Program-made: the position numbers and the translations under genes | Notes under the pieces: model-generated | Told to the model about the DNA's origin: nothing | Database searches by the model: none | The model's input: the letters and a program-made list of their open reading frames with translations, nothing else | Part shown: positions 54,203-63,173 of the stretch, piece by piece | Numbering within the stretch: the stretch's first letter is position 1 | How the letters are laid out: each line of letters begins with the position of its first letter | NCBI GenBank assembly: GCA_900769665.1 | Contig: CAAGHL010000070.1 | Coordinates: forward strand, 13,620 to 77,619 | Direction of reading: 5' to 3' | DNA length: 64,000 bases | From: Clostridia bacterium | GTDB lineage: Bacteria > Bacillota > Clostridia > Christensenellales > CAG-314

Positions 54203-55066
54203 ATGGAAATCAACAGCCTGCGATACTTCTACGAAGCGGCAAAGTGCCAACACATCACAAATGCCGCCGACAACCTACATATTGCGCAACCTGCGCTGAC
54301 CAAATCGATAAAGTCGCTGGAAGAGGAACTCGGCGTAAAACTCTTTTACAAATACGGGCGCGGCGTAAGGCTGACGGAATACGGCGAGTTTTTGAAAGAC
54401 AAAATAGAGCCGATAATAAAGCAACTGGACGTATTGCCCGTTGCAATAAAAAACTTTACCGACCTAAACGAAAATACCGTTTCGATAAACGTGCTTGCAG
54501 CCTCCACCGTCACCACCGACATAATAATAAAGTTCAAAAAAACTCACCCCAACGTGATGTTTAAGATGACGCGCAAGGAGGAGGAAACCCACGCCGACAT
54601 CGAAATACTGACCAACGCAAAAACGCACGACCACATCATCGACGTAAAAAAAGAAGCGATAATCGAGGAAAAAATTTACGTTGCCGTGCCGATAGACAGT
54701 CCGCAAGCGCAAAATGACGAAATAAACCTGTCGGAATTGCGCAATTGCGAGTTTATTGCGCTGTCGGGTTCGCGGCGTTTCCGTCCGCTGTGCGACGCCT
54801 ACTGCGAGTACGCCGGGTTCAAGCCGCAAGTGACGTTTGAAAGCGACTCCCTAATCGCCGTCAAAAACCTTATTGTGGCAGGGGTCGGAGTGGCATTTTG
54901 GCCGGAGTTTTCTTGGGGCAAAATCACCCACGAAAACATCAAGTTGCTAAATATCGTCAACCCCGATTGCAAGCGCGAAATAATACTGTACCTTACGGGC
55001 AACAAACAGTCCAAAATAAGCGAGGAGTTTTTCGACTTCTTGGTGTCGGAGCTTAAACAACGCTGA
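54203..55066 (+). CDS. LysR-family transcriptional regulator
   Basis: N-terminal wHTH (LRYFYEAAKCQHITNAADNLHIAQPALTKSIKSLEEELG) plus a substrate-binding domain. Divergent from the 53618..54010 gene. Confidence 0.9.
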   Translation: MEINSLRYFYEAAKCQHITNAADNLHIAQPALTKSIKSLEEELGVKLFYKYGRGVRLTEYGEFLKDKIEPIIKQLDVLPVAIKNFTDLNENTVSINVLAASTVTTDIIIKFKKTHPNVMFKMTRKEEETHADIEILTNAKTHDHIIDVKKEAIIEEKIYVAVPIDSPQAQNDEINLSELRNCEFIALSGSRRFRPLCDAYCEYAGFKPQVTFESDSLIAVKNLIVAGVGVAFWPEFSWGKITHENIKLLNIVNPDCKREIILYLTGNKQSKISEEFFDFLVSELKQR

Positions 55067-55087
55067 CGTACTAATATAATAAAGGAA

Positions 55088-55126
55088 AGCGGGTCTGCAA
55101 TGCGCTAGGTTGCACGCCCGCTTTTG
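55088..55126 (+). terminator. Terminator after the LysR gene
   Basis: AGCGGG, loop, CCCGCT, then TTTTG. Confidence 0.65.
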
Positions 55127-55138
55127 TATTGACGAAAC

Positions 55139-55181
55139 AAAAAAAAAACGGCGAAGCAAGCAATCAAGCTCGTTTCGCCGT
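55139..55181 (-). terminator. Terminator after the 55211..56356 gene
   Basis: Minus strand: ACGGCGAA, loop, TTCGCCGT, then T10. Confidence 0.8.
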
Positions 55182-55210
55182 AAGCGTCTATTTAGTTACG
55201 CGCCAAACAA

Positions 55211-56356
55211 TTAGTCGTTGGATTGTTGGTCGTCGTTGTCGCCGTAGTGAACTTTGCCGCCGATTGTGGTAGCGTCTTCTTGCTTGGGTTTGATGCAAAG
55301 CAACACAACGATGCCCACTGCCGCCAAACCTGCGATTACGTACAGCACGATTTGCCAAACCTTAGCGGTATCTTGTTCCTCTTCGGTGGCTTTCTTGGCG
55401 TTTACGTACAGGTTGAGGACAAACTCGGGCGCATTGCCGTCCTTGTCTACGCCTGTGTAGCCGTATTGGTCCTTGAAGCTGTACTTAACACGGTACTTGT
55501 AGTCCTTGCTGTTGCTGCTGACGTCGTCGTTGCCTGCCAAAATACCGCTTGTGGAAACAAAGTCGCTGTACTTGTCGTCAAGCACTTTGGTGTCCTTGCT
55601 GCTGTCGTAGATAGCCGTCCAGTTGCCGTCAATCATCTTTTCGATTACGTAGTACACGGTGATGTAGCTGCTGCTGGTACCCTTGCCGTCGTCGGTCATG
55701 GTGAACAACAACGTTGTGGGGATGGAGTAACGCGTACCAACGGTGATACCCTTCTTGGTGTAATCGTCGTATCTGGTTTGGTTGAGGGTGATGATGGGGT
55801 TGTCTACGTCTTGTGCGTACAAGCTGACAAGTTGGCTCTTGGCTACGATATCCTTGGTGTAGTCGACAGAGTAAGTTGTCTTAGCTTCTTCGCCTTCTTT
55901 TTCTTCCGTAGTTGCATGGGGACGAACAACTACAAAGCGGAACGACCACCAACCGACGGAGTTGACGTCGATGGTTTCTTCGGCTGCTGCATAGCCTGCC
56001 TTCTTATCCTTGTCTTCGGCAACTTCACCGCGGTCACTGCCCGGTTTGAAGTATTGAATTTCCACCTTGTCCGACTCTTCTTTAAGTTTACCGTCTGCGG
56101 AAACAAAGTTTGCGCCGCCAAACAATGCGGTGATGTCGGCTTCGGTAGCCAACCAAGCGGGTACTTTAATGTCACCGAGATTCAACGAGAAGTTGCTTGC
56201 AAGCACCTTCAACGTTTCGTCCGCAGCGATTTTCTCGTTGAGTGCGGTTTGGTTGACGGTAACGGGTGCCGGATCCTCAGCAAATGCCATTGCCGAAACG
56301 CCGAGCATTCCGACAAGAATTGTCAATGCCAAAATCAAACTGATATACTTTTTCAC
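55211..56356 (-). CDS. Hypothetical secreted protein with C-terminal membrane anchor
   Basis: Start set to GTG 56354-56356 behind GGAGGAA. Signal peptide ...MLGVSAMAFA. C-terminal TM IVLYVIAGLAAVGIVVLLCI. Confidence 0.65.
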   Translation of the reverse strand: MKKYISLILALTILVGMLGVSAMAFAEDPAPVTVNQTALNEKIAADETLKVLASNFSLNLGDIKVPAWLATEADITALFGGANFVSADGKLKEESDKVEIQYFKPGSDRGEVAEDKDKKAGYAAAEETIDVNSVGWWSFRFVVVRPHATTEEKEGEEAKTTYSVDYTKDIVAKSQLVSLYAQDVDNPIITLNQTRYDDYTKKGITVGTRYSIPTTLLFTMTDDGKGTSSSYITVYYVIEKMIDGNWTAIYDSSKDTKVLDDKYSDFVSTSGILAGNDDVSSNSKDYKYRVKYSFKDQYGYTGVDKDGNAPEFVLNLYVNAKKATEEEQDTAKVWQIVLYVIAGLAAVGIVVLLCIKPKQEDATTIGGKVHYGDNDDQQSND

Positions 56357-56435
56357 GATATTCCTCCGAAGGACAACAAATTGTCCATCTGTGTTTTGGG
56401 TAGGAAAAGGGTAGACTTTCCCCACATACTGTAAT

Positions 56436-56464
56436 ATTTTACAATTTATTTGCCGACTTGTCAA
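56436..56464 (-). promoter_or_regulatory. Sigma-A promoter candidate for the 55211..56356 gene
   Basis: Minus strand: TTGACA, 17 nt, TAAAAT. Confidence 0.55.
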
Positions 56465-56649
56465 CGGTTTGCCGAAAAATAGTACCGAATATATGCGCAA
56501 ACCGATGATTTTTAGTGCGAAACAAGCAAAAAAGCTAAGCGTTGCGACGATAATTGCAAACATAGCGCACTATCACTGCCACGTAGACAATTGCAAATAG
56601 CGCCAATCAACAATAAAGCGTCATCCCGAAAAGCAAATACCACCGACAA

Positions 56650-56690
56650 TCCTACTCGTCAACGTTAGGTTGCGTCAACGTTAGGTTGCC
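56650..56690 (-). repeat. Tandem 16-mer repeat starting 2 nt after the RluA-family stop codon
   Basis: Minus strand reads TGA gg caacctaacgttgacg caacctaacgttgacg agtagg, identical to 49677-49715. Confidence 0.85.
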
Positions 56691-57470
56691 TCAGTCGAGG
56701 TTGTCGCCCGTTTGCGGTTGAAAGTACAGCGGTTCGCCGTCGTCCACGTCACTGTCGGAAAAGTTTTCCACGTGGCTCTTGATGTCAAAGCGTTTCCACG
56801 GCTCGCTGTCGGGCGGATAGGCAACAAACACCATGCGTTCCTTGGTGACGGGGTGCGTAAGCTCCAGCTTGTACGCCCACAATGCAAGGTTTTGTCCGCG
56901 CACGATGTTGCCGCCGTAGCGTGCGTCGCCGTACACGGGGCAGTTGATTGCGCTCATTTGCACGCGAATCTGGTGGCTACGTCCCGTGCCGAGTTGCACC
57001 TTGACAAGGCTCAAACGCTCGTCGGAGTCCAACACTTCGTAGCTTAACTCGGCTCGCTTTGCGTCGTGGTCGCCAAAGGTTGCCACGTACACCGTGTTGG
57101 TGAGGCTGTTCTTTTTGAGGTAATTGACAAGGGTGTCCTTGCGTTGCTTTGGCGTGCCGACAACCGTCGTGAGGTAGGTTTTGGTCATTTCTCCGTCGAC
57201 GATTTGCTTGCTAAGCCGCTCCGCCGCCTTGCTGTTTTTGGCAAACACCATCACGCCGCCCGTGGGACGATCCAATCTGTGCACAAGCCCGAGGTACACG
57301 TTGCCGGGTTTGTCGTACTTGTTTTTGATGTAGTCTTTCAGTAGCGTCAGCAAGTCAAGGTCGCCGCTGGCGTCGGCTTGACTGGGGATATTTTGCGGTT
57401 TGACGACCACAAGTATGCTGTTGTCTTCGTGAAGAACGGCAACGTCGTCCATTGTAAAGTTTCTGCTCAT
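56691..57470 (-). CDS. RluA-family pseudouridine synthase
   Basis: HRLDRPTGG catalytic motif. Start trimmed to ATG 57468-57470 behind GGAGAT. Confidence 0.85.
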   Translation of the reverse strand: MSRNFTMDDVAVLHEDNSILVVVKPQNIPSQADASGDLDLLTLLKDYIKNKYDKPGNVYLGLVHRLDRPTGGVMVFAKNSKAAERLSKQIVDGEMTKTYLTTVVGTPKQRKDTLVNYLKKNSLTNTVYVATFGDHDAKRAELSYEVLDSDERLSLVKVQLGTGRSHQIRVQMSAINCPVYGDARYGGNIVRGQNLALWAYKLELTHPVTKERMVFVAYPPDSEPWKRFDIKSHVENFSDSDVDDGEPLYFQPQTGDNLD

Positions 57471-57527
57471 TGTATCTCCGTATGTGCGCTCGGAAAGTTG
57501 CCGTCGTCGCACAAATTATCTATCGTA

Positions 57528-58388
57528 TTAAAATGTCACTATGCCGCTTGCGCCGCAAGGCAACACTATGCCTTCGTCGGTGGGTAGGCACACTTCGTAG
57601 CTGTCCACCTTGCCGCGAGAAGCGTTGGGTACGCACCGCGTAAGTATGTTAGACAGCACAGTCGGTTGTAACCCCGTCGTGTAACTGTTGATAAGCACAA
57701 ACAACGGATTGTCCGACAGCACGCCTGCGCAAAGCTCCACGAAGTCGCAAATATCGTCCTCGATTTTCCAAATTTCGCCGTTGCTTCCGCGCCCGTAGCT
57801 GGGCGGATCCATGATGATTGCGTCGTAGCGACGTCCGCGGTTGATTTCCCTTTTGACAAACTTGCGGCAGTCGTCCACGATGTATCGCACGGGTTTGTCG
57901 GAAAGCCCTGACAACGCAACGTTTTCTCGACAGCGGTCCACCATGTTTTTGGCGGCGTCCACGTGACAAACGCTTGCGCCTGCGGACAAACACGCAACGG
58001 TTGCGCCGCCCGTGTAGGCAAACAGGTTGAGGACGTTTATCGGGCGGTTGGCTCCATGTATGAGGTCGATCATTGTCGCCCAGTTGGCGGCTTGCTCGGG
58101 GAAAAGTCCCGTATGCTTGAATCCCATCGGCTTGACGGCAAACGTTAGGTTGCGCCAACTTACGTGCCACTCGTCGGGGATGGGTTTGTTGTACTCCCAA
58201 TGTCCGCCGCCGCTACTGCTGCGTATGTACTTGGCGTCGGGGCGCACAATCTTGTCGAGCGGCTTCGCGGCATGCCAAATGACCTGCGGATCGGGACGAA
58301 GCAACACGACGTTGCCCCACCGCTCCAACTTTTCGCCGTCGCCCGTGGCAATTATTTGGTAATCTTTCCATTCGGTATTGATGTTCAT
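57528..58388 (-). CDS. Class I SAM-dependent (rRNA-type, RlmI/RlmK-like) methyltransferase
   Basis: LNLFAYTGG SAM-binding loop and DPPSYGRG motif. Confidence 0.8.
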   Translation of the reverse strand: MNINTEWKDYQIIATGDGEKLERWGNVVLLRPDPQVIWHAAKPLDKIVRPDAKYIRSSSGGGHWEYNKPIPDEWHVSWRNLTFAVKPMGFKHTGLFPEQAANWATMIDLIHGANRPINVLNLFAYTGGATVACLSAGASVCHVDAAKNMVDRCRENVALSGLSDKPVRYIVDDCRKFVKREINRGRRYDAIIMDPPSYGRGSNGEIWKIEDDICDFVELCAGVLSDNPLFVLINSYTTGLQPTVLSNILTRCVPNASRGKVDSYEVCLPTDEGIVLPCGASGIVTF

Positions 58389-58477
58389 ATTAAATAAGTA
58401 TAAACTATTTTACGATTTTTCTCAACTGTTTTGTAGACGATAACAAAATTTGATTTACGTTGTACACAAAAGAAAGA

Positions 58478-58541
58478 TTAACGCCTAAGTATCCGCCGTC
58501 ACACTCGCAATAATGATTAGTGATAGCCAAATTAACCCTAC
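58478..58541 (-). repeat. 64-bp GTAGGGTTAATTT... element, copy 2
   Basis: About 89% identical to 37960-38022 with sharp boundaries. Lies in a 715-bp gene-free gap. Confidence 0.8.
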
Positions 58542-58995
58542 AAAATAGCACCGATTTATTCAGCATTTGTCAATACCTAATTCGCTTTTAATCAAATTTT
58601 TTTACCAAACGCCTCAACCGCAAAAACATGCTCCAAAACCGCCGTCCAAAGCCGTTTTTGTTACTAATTTTTACATACGTATAGATTTTTACCGACATCA
58701 ATACCTTCATTGCATAGCATTTTCCGCAATCCCGAGTACCAACAAGATTACTTCCAAGCACATTACAACAAGCGAAACGGCAAACCCGATCTTAGCCATC
58801 ATCGCGCCCTATCCGCCAGTCTTTTGTGCCCTACTAAGACCGCAAAGAGAAAACACAAAACCCAATATGCCACCTAAAAAAGAAAAAAATCAACCCTAAT
58901 ATAGCATACACGTTTGTCGCCGGAGAGTTCACATCGCAACCACAAGAGTAGCACTTTGTCGCACTACGCTATTACCATCGCTACAAAGACAATGC

Positions 58996-59041
58996 AAAAA
59001 AATGACCGCCATTGGGAGTTTTTGCACTCTCTACGGCGGTC
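58996..59041 (-). terminator. Rho-independent terminator after ileS
   Basis: Minus strand: GACCGCC, loop, GGCGGTC, then ATTTTTTT. Confidence 0.8.
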
Positions 59042-59103
59042 AGAATTTGTTTCTACTATAGATTTTTGTCCTGCGGGACAGTTTTCTATACTAAGCTTGG
59101 CGG

Positions 59104-62100
59104 TTACGCCTTGGTCAGGTACAGCGTTACTTTACTACCGTTGACGTCGATGTCCTTTTCGTACGTGCCGCTAGTTGCAGGATGTACGCTGTCGGCAAGA
59201 GTGCCGTTGGCAATGTCGTCGGCATACTTGACAAAGATGTCGGCAAGCTCGCCGTCCGCCTTGTAGCCGATGTCGATGTGGTCGGTAACGACAAAGTCCG
59301 ACTCCTTACGCATGGACTGAATCTTGCTGATGATTTCGCGCACGTGTCCTTCCTCGACAAGTTTGTCGGTCAATGTCACGTCCAGCGCAACGGTATCGCC
59401 GTGGTCGGACACTACCGAGTAGCCTTCCTTGTTGGCGGAGCTAATCAGCAAATCGCTTTCGGCAAGTTCCACGTCTTGTCCGTCGACATCCATGTGGAAC
59501 AGCGCGCCGCTCTTGACGGTATCCACCACTTCGCGTGCTTTTTCCTTCAAATTGGCAAGTTTTTCGCGGATTTTGCCCAAAATTTTGCCGTATTTGGGAC
59601 CTAACGTGCGCATTTGCGGCTTGATTTGGTAGTCGGCAAAGCCTTCCGCGGAGTTTACGGGCAACACTTCCTTGACGTTCAGCTCGTTACGCACGATGTC
59701 CTTCATTTCGTCGTTGAAGGTCATGTCGGTAGCGATGTACATGCGAGCCAACGGTTGACGATTTTTGACGTTTGCGGCATTGCGCGCGCTACGACCGAGT
59801 ACGACGATATCCAACACCTTTTCCATCATGGCGTTAAGTTTGGCGTCAATCATGCTTTCGTCGGCCTTGGGGAAGTCGCACAAATGCACGCTACGCGGCG
59901 CGTCCTCGAAGAAGTTTGCCGTGATGTTTTGGTAAATACTTTCGGTAATAAACGGTACAAAGGGTGCGGCAACCTTGACAAGCGTATCCAACGCCGTGTA
60001 CAAAGTCATAAACGCCGCTTGTTTGTCGTCCGTCCAATCGTGTCCCCAGTAGCGTTCGCGACAACGGCGTACGTACCAGTTGCTAAGCATATCGGTAAAA
60101 CGCTCTATTGCGCGTGCGCTGTCCGTGATTTCGTAGTTGGTCAGTCCCTTGTCCACCGTCTTGACAAGTTGGTTGACTTCGCTCAAAAGCCATTTGTCCA
60201 TAAGGGACAATTTGCAATTGCGTAGCTTGTACTTGCTCGGATCGAAATTGTCGATGTCAGCATACAACACGTAAAATGCGTACGTATTCCACAGCGTGCC
60301 GAGGAAGCGACGTTGTGTTTCCGACACGGCTTCGTCGTAGTAGCGCGACGGCAACCACGGAGCCGAGCTTGTGTAGAAATACCAACGTACGGCGTCTGCG
60401 CCTTGTTTGTTGAAGCTGTCCCACGGATCGACAACGTTGCCTTTGTGTTTGCTCATTTTAATGCCGTGTTCGTCACCGACAAGCCCCAGCACAAGGCAGT
60501 TTTTGAAGGGTGCCTTGCCAAACAACAACGTCGACACCGCCATTAGCGTGTAGAACCAGCCGCGCGTTTGGTCCTGTGCCTCGCTGATGAAGTCGGCAGG
60601 GAAGTTGCGCTCGAACAGCTCCTTGTTTTCAAACGGGTAATGGAATTGCGCATAGGGCATACTGCCGCTGTCAAACCAGCAGTCGATTACTTCCGGCGTG
60701 CGCACATACTCGCCGCCGCAATCGCACTTCCACTTGCAATCGTCGATAAACGGACGGTGCAATTCGATATCCTCACTGCAACCGCACTTTTCGGCAAGCT
60801 CCTTGCGGCTACCGATCACATGCACTTTGCCGCACTTGTTGCAAATCCACACGGGCAACGGCGTACCCCAATATCTGTCGCGAGAAATACCCCAATCGAT
60901 GACGTTTTCGAGGAAGTTGCCCATGCGTCCCGTGCCGATTGTCGGCGGAATCCAATTGATAGTGCTGTTGACTTCCAACAATTTGTCCTTGACAGCCGTC
61001 ATCTTGATAAACCACGACTTGCGTGCGTAGTAAATAAGCGGAGTATCGCAACGCCAACAATGCGGATAACTGTGTTCGTAAACAGGCGCGCTAAGCAGCA
61101 GGCCGCGTTGTTTGAGATCGGCAATGATTGTCTTGTCCGCCGTCTTGCAAAATACTCCGGTCAGTTCGCCGCAACCGTCCACAAACTTGCCGTCCTCGCC
61201 CACCAATTGGACAAGCGGCAAACCGTACTTGCGCCCCACATTGGCGTCGTCCTCACCGAAGGCAGGCGCAATATGCACGATACCCGTGCCGTCCGTCAAC
61301 GTAACGTAGTTGTCGTTGGTGACGTAATAGCAGTCGGAATCCACTTTGGCGTAGGTGTACAACGGTTTGTAGTGCGTACCCTCGAAGTCGCTACCTTTGT
61401 GGTGCGCAACCATGGTGTAGGTGCCTTCCTCGAAGTGTTTGTTTACAAGCTCGGCGGCAAGAATGTACTTTGTGCCGTCGACGTCGATTGTGACGTAATC
61501 GAAGGAAGCGTTCATACACAACGCAACGTTGCTGGGCAATGTCCATGGTGTGGTAGTCCAAGCCAAAAAGTAGGTACCGGGGTGGTCGACAAGTTCAAAC
61601 TTGGCAACCGCACTGCGTTCCTTGACGTCCTTGTAGCCTTGCGCCACTTCGTGACTGGAAAGCGCCGTACCGCAACGAGGACAGTACGGTACAATCTTGA
61701 AGCCCTTGTACAACAAGCCCTTTTCGTATATGGTTTTGAGTGCCCACCACTCCGACTCGATGTAATTGTTGTCGTAGGTTACGTAGGGGTGTTTCATGTC
61801 AACCCAGTAGCCAACGCGCTCGGACAAGCGTTCCCACTCGCCTTCGTACTTCCACACCGACTCCTTGCACTTCTCCACAAACGGCTCGATACCGTACGCT
61901 TCGATTTGCTTTTTGCCGTCGATGCCGAGTAACTTTTCCACTTCCAACTCGACGGGAAGACCGTGCGTGTCCCAACCGGCTTTGCGCAAAACGTTTTTGC
62001 CCTTCATTACTTGGAAACGGGGGATCAAATCCTTTATGCTGCGCGTAAGCACGTGACCGATGTGCGGCTTGCCGTTGGCTGTCGGCGGACCATCGTAAAA

Positions 62101-62226
62101 CGTAAATGTACCGCTACCTTTGGCGGTTGTTTGTTCGAAGATTTTGTTTTCCTTCCAAAAGTTTAACACGTCAAGCTCGCGCCCGACGAAATTCATGGAA
62201 GTGTCTACTTTCTTGTACTTACTCAT
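59104..62226 (-). CDS. ileS: Isoleucine--tRNA ligase
   Basis: HIGH (GKPHIGHV) and KMSKS (IKMSKHKGN) motifs, 1040 aa, Zn-binding Cys clusters. RBS AAGGAGAA. Confidence 0.97.
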   Translation of the reverse strand: MSKYKKVDTSMNFVGRELDVLNFWKENKIFEQTTAKGSGTFTFYDGPPTANGKPHIGHVLTRSIKDLIPRFQVMKGKNVLRKAGWDTHGLPVELEVEKLLGIDGKKQIEAYGIEPFVEKCKESVWKYEGEWERLSERVGYWVDMKHPYVTYDNNYIESEWWALKTIYEKGLLYKGFKIVPYCPRCGTALSSHEVAQGYKDVKERSAVAKFELVDHPGTYFLAWTTTPWTLPSNVALCMNASFDYVTIDVDGTKYILAAELVNKHFEEGTYTMVAHHKGSDFEGTHYKPLYTYAKVDSDCYYVTNDNYVTLTDGTGIVHIAPAFGEDDANVGRKYGLPLVQLVGEDGKFVDGCGELTGVFCKTADKTIIADLKQRGLLLSAPVYEHSYPHCWRCDTPLIYYARKSWFIKMTAVKDKLLEVNSTINWIPPTIGTGRMGNFLENVIDWGISRDRYWGTPLPVWICNKCGKVHVIGSRKELAEKCGCSEDIELHRPFIDDCKWKCDCGGEYVRTPEVIDCWFDSGSMPYAQFHYPFENKELFERNFPADFISEAQDQTRGWFYTLMAVSTLLFGKAPFKNCLVLGLVGDEHGIKMSKHKGNVVDPWDSFNKQGADAVRWYFYTSSAPWLPSRYYDEAVSETQRRFLGTLWNTYAFYVLYADIDNFDPSKYKLRNCKLSLMDKWLLSEVNQLVKTVDKGLTNYEITDSARAIERFTDMLSNWYVRRCRERYWGHDWTDDKQAAFMTLYTALDTLVKVAAPFVPFITESIYQNITANFFEDAPRSVHLCDFPKADESMIDAKLNAMMEKVLDIVVLGRSARNAANVKNRQPLARMYIATDMTFNDEMKDIVRNELNVKEVLPVNSAEGFADYQIKPQMRTLGPKYGKILGKIREKLANLKEKAREVVDTVKSGALFHMDVDGQDVELAESDLLISSANKEGYSVVSDHGDTVALDVTLTDKLVEEGHVREIISKIQSMRKESDFVVTDHIDIGYKADGELADIFVKYADDIANGTLADSVHPATSGTYEKDIDVNGSKVTLYLTKA

Positions 62227-62278
62227 ATCTTCTCCTTGTAAAAGTTAGTGATTTTTTGTGTGTTTTATTTTTATTTTT

Positions 62279-62317
62279 GCGGGAAAACCCCTTTTTGTAA
62301 AAAGCGGGTTTTCCCGC
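62279..62317. other. 12-bp perfect hairpin ~50 nt upstream of the ileS ATG, containing a nested GCGGG-AAAA-CCCGC-T5 terminator-like stem on the minus strand (62299-62317)
   Basis: GCGGGAAAACCC (62279-62290) pairs with GGGTTTTCCCGC (62306-62317). Confidence 0.5.
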
Positions 62318-62651
62318 ACCCTTTCCCCAAAAACTTTGGGTAAATGGGAGAGGTTGGAGATGGGTGCGAAGGGCGACAACCGGGCGGTGCGCCGCACCAT
62401 AAACGAGCTTCTTTTTGCAATTTTGCACTGCGCGTCCTTAATCTTACGGCAAGGCAACGGCGGAGAGTGCGGTAGCCACTTAAAGAAACTGTGCGCTACG
62501 TATCCTTAGACATACCCGAGAGCAACGGCGGAGATTGGTGCAGATTGTGGCAACAGTTGCTCGACACACACGCCCAATGTACTAAGTCGTACATGACGGG
62601 TGGGTTGGGCAAGCGTAGCCGCAAGATGTGCCGATATACGCCGTTGTCCCA

Positions 62652-62953
62652 TAAAAAATGCCCCTTGGTTCACACCAAAGGGCGACAATCACTTGCCACG
62701 ATACCACCTTTATTTACGGACACATTTCCTACTATCCGCCTCATTAAACGCACTAACGGAGCGCAACACCGTACCGCCTACTTTGTCGAAACACTTTCCG
62801 TGCCACTACTTTGTCCCGATTGTCGGATGTTCAACGGTCTACTTGCAAGGTGATGGCTTACGAGCAAATAGTCGCGCCTTGCACCAAACGGCACGCTCTC
62901 TAAGCAATTTGTATCCGCAGTCTTGTCCTTACTCAAACGTATTTGTATATTGT
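62652..62953 (-). promoter_or_regulatory. T-box leader (tRNA-Ile responsive) with intrinsic terminator
   Basis: Read on the minus strand: AGAGAG, then GGTGCAA (stem I motifs). Candidate specifier AUC followed by A (62852-62854). T-box-like AAAGGTGGTATCGTGG (62696-62710). Terminator GCCCTTTGG..CCAAGGGGC plus T6 (62652-62683). Confidence 0.65.
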
Positions 62954-62960
62954 CGAATAC

Positions 62961-62989
62961 ATTTTACCAAACTTTACGCCGCTTGGCAA
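62961..62989 (-). promoter_or_regulatory. Sigma-A promoter candidate for the ileS leader
   Basis: Minus strand: TTGCCA, 17 nt, TAAAAT, with TGg extended -10. Confidence 0.55.
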
Positions 62990-63047
62990 GCAATTTTGTA
63001 AAACTCCGCCGTTTTTGCCCACATTTTGCCAATTCAGCAACCGCAAC

Positions 63048-63087
63048 AAAAAAACACAGCCGATTGGCATTGGCGCAAACGGCTGTG
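63048..63087 (-). terminator. Rho-independent terminator after the uracil permease gene
   Basis: Minus strand: CACAGCCG, loop, CGGCTGTG, then T7. Confidence 0.8.
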
Positions 63088-63173
63088 TGACGTGTTTTGT
63101 GTATTTAGTTTATCGGGCGGATTGTTGTTTCCTTTCGGCAAGCTACCGCGCTGTCACTGCGCTACTTGTGCGA

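Noticed and set aside
58141-58154. 14-nt exact match to the tandem-repeat unit (aacgttaggttgcg) inside the methyltransferase coding sequence.
   Set aside because: It is a single partial unit embedded in an intact reading frame (encodes ..WRNLTF..), with no tandem structure. It may be a coincidental or ancestral seed and is not an element copy.
62227-62651. Possible second, tandem T-box in the 425 nt between the T-box terminator and ileS.
   Set aside because: Only a partial T-box-like string (AAGTGGCTACCGCAC, ~62470-62490) is present. There are no AGAGA/GGTGNRA stem I motifs and no specifier-loop context on the minus strand, so I report the region as unexplained rather than as a T-box.
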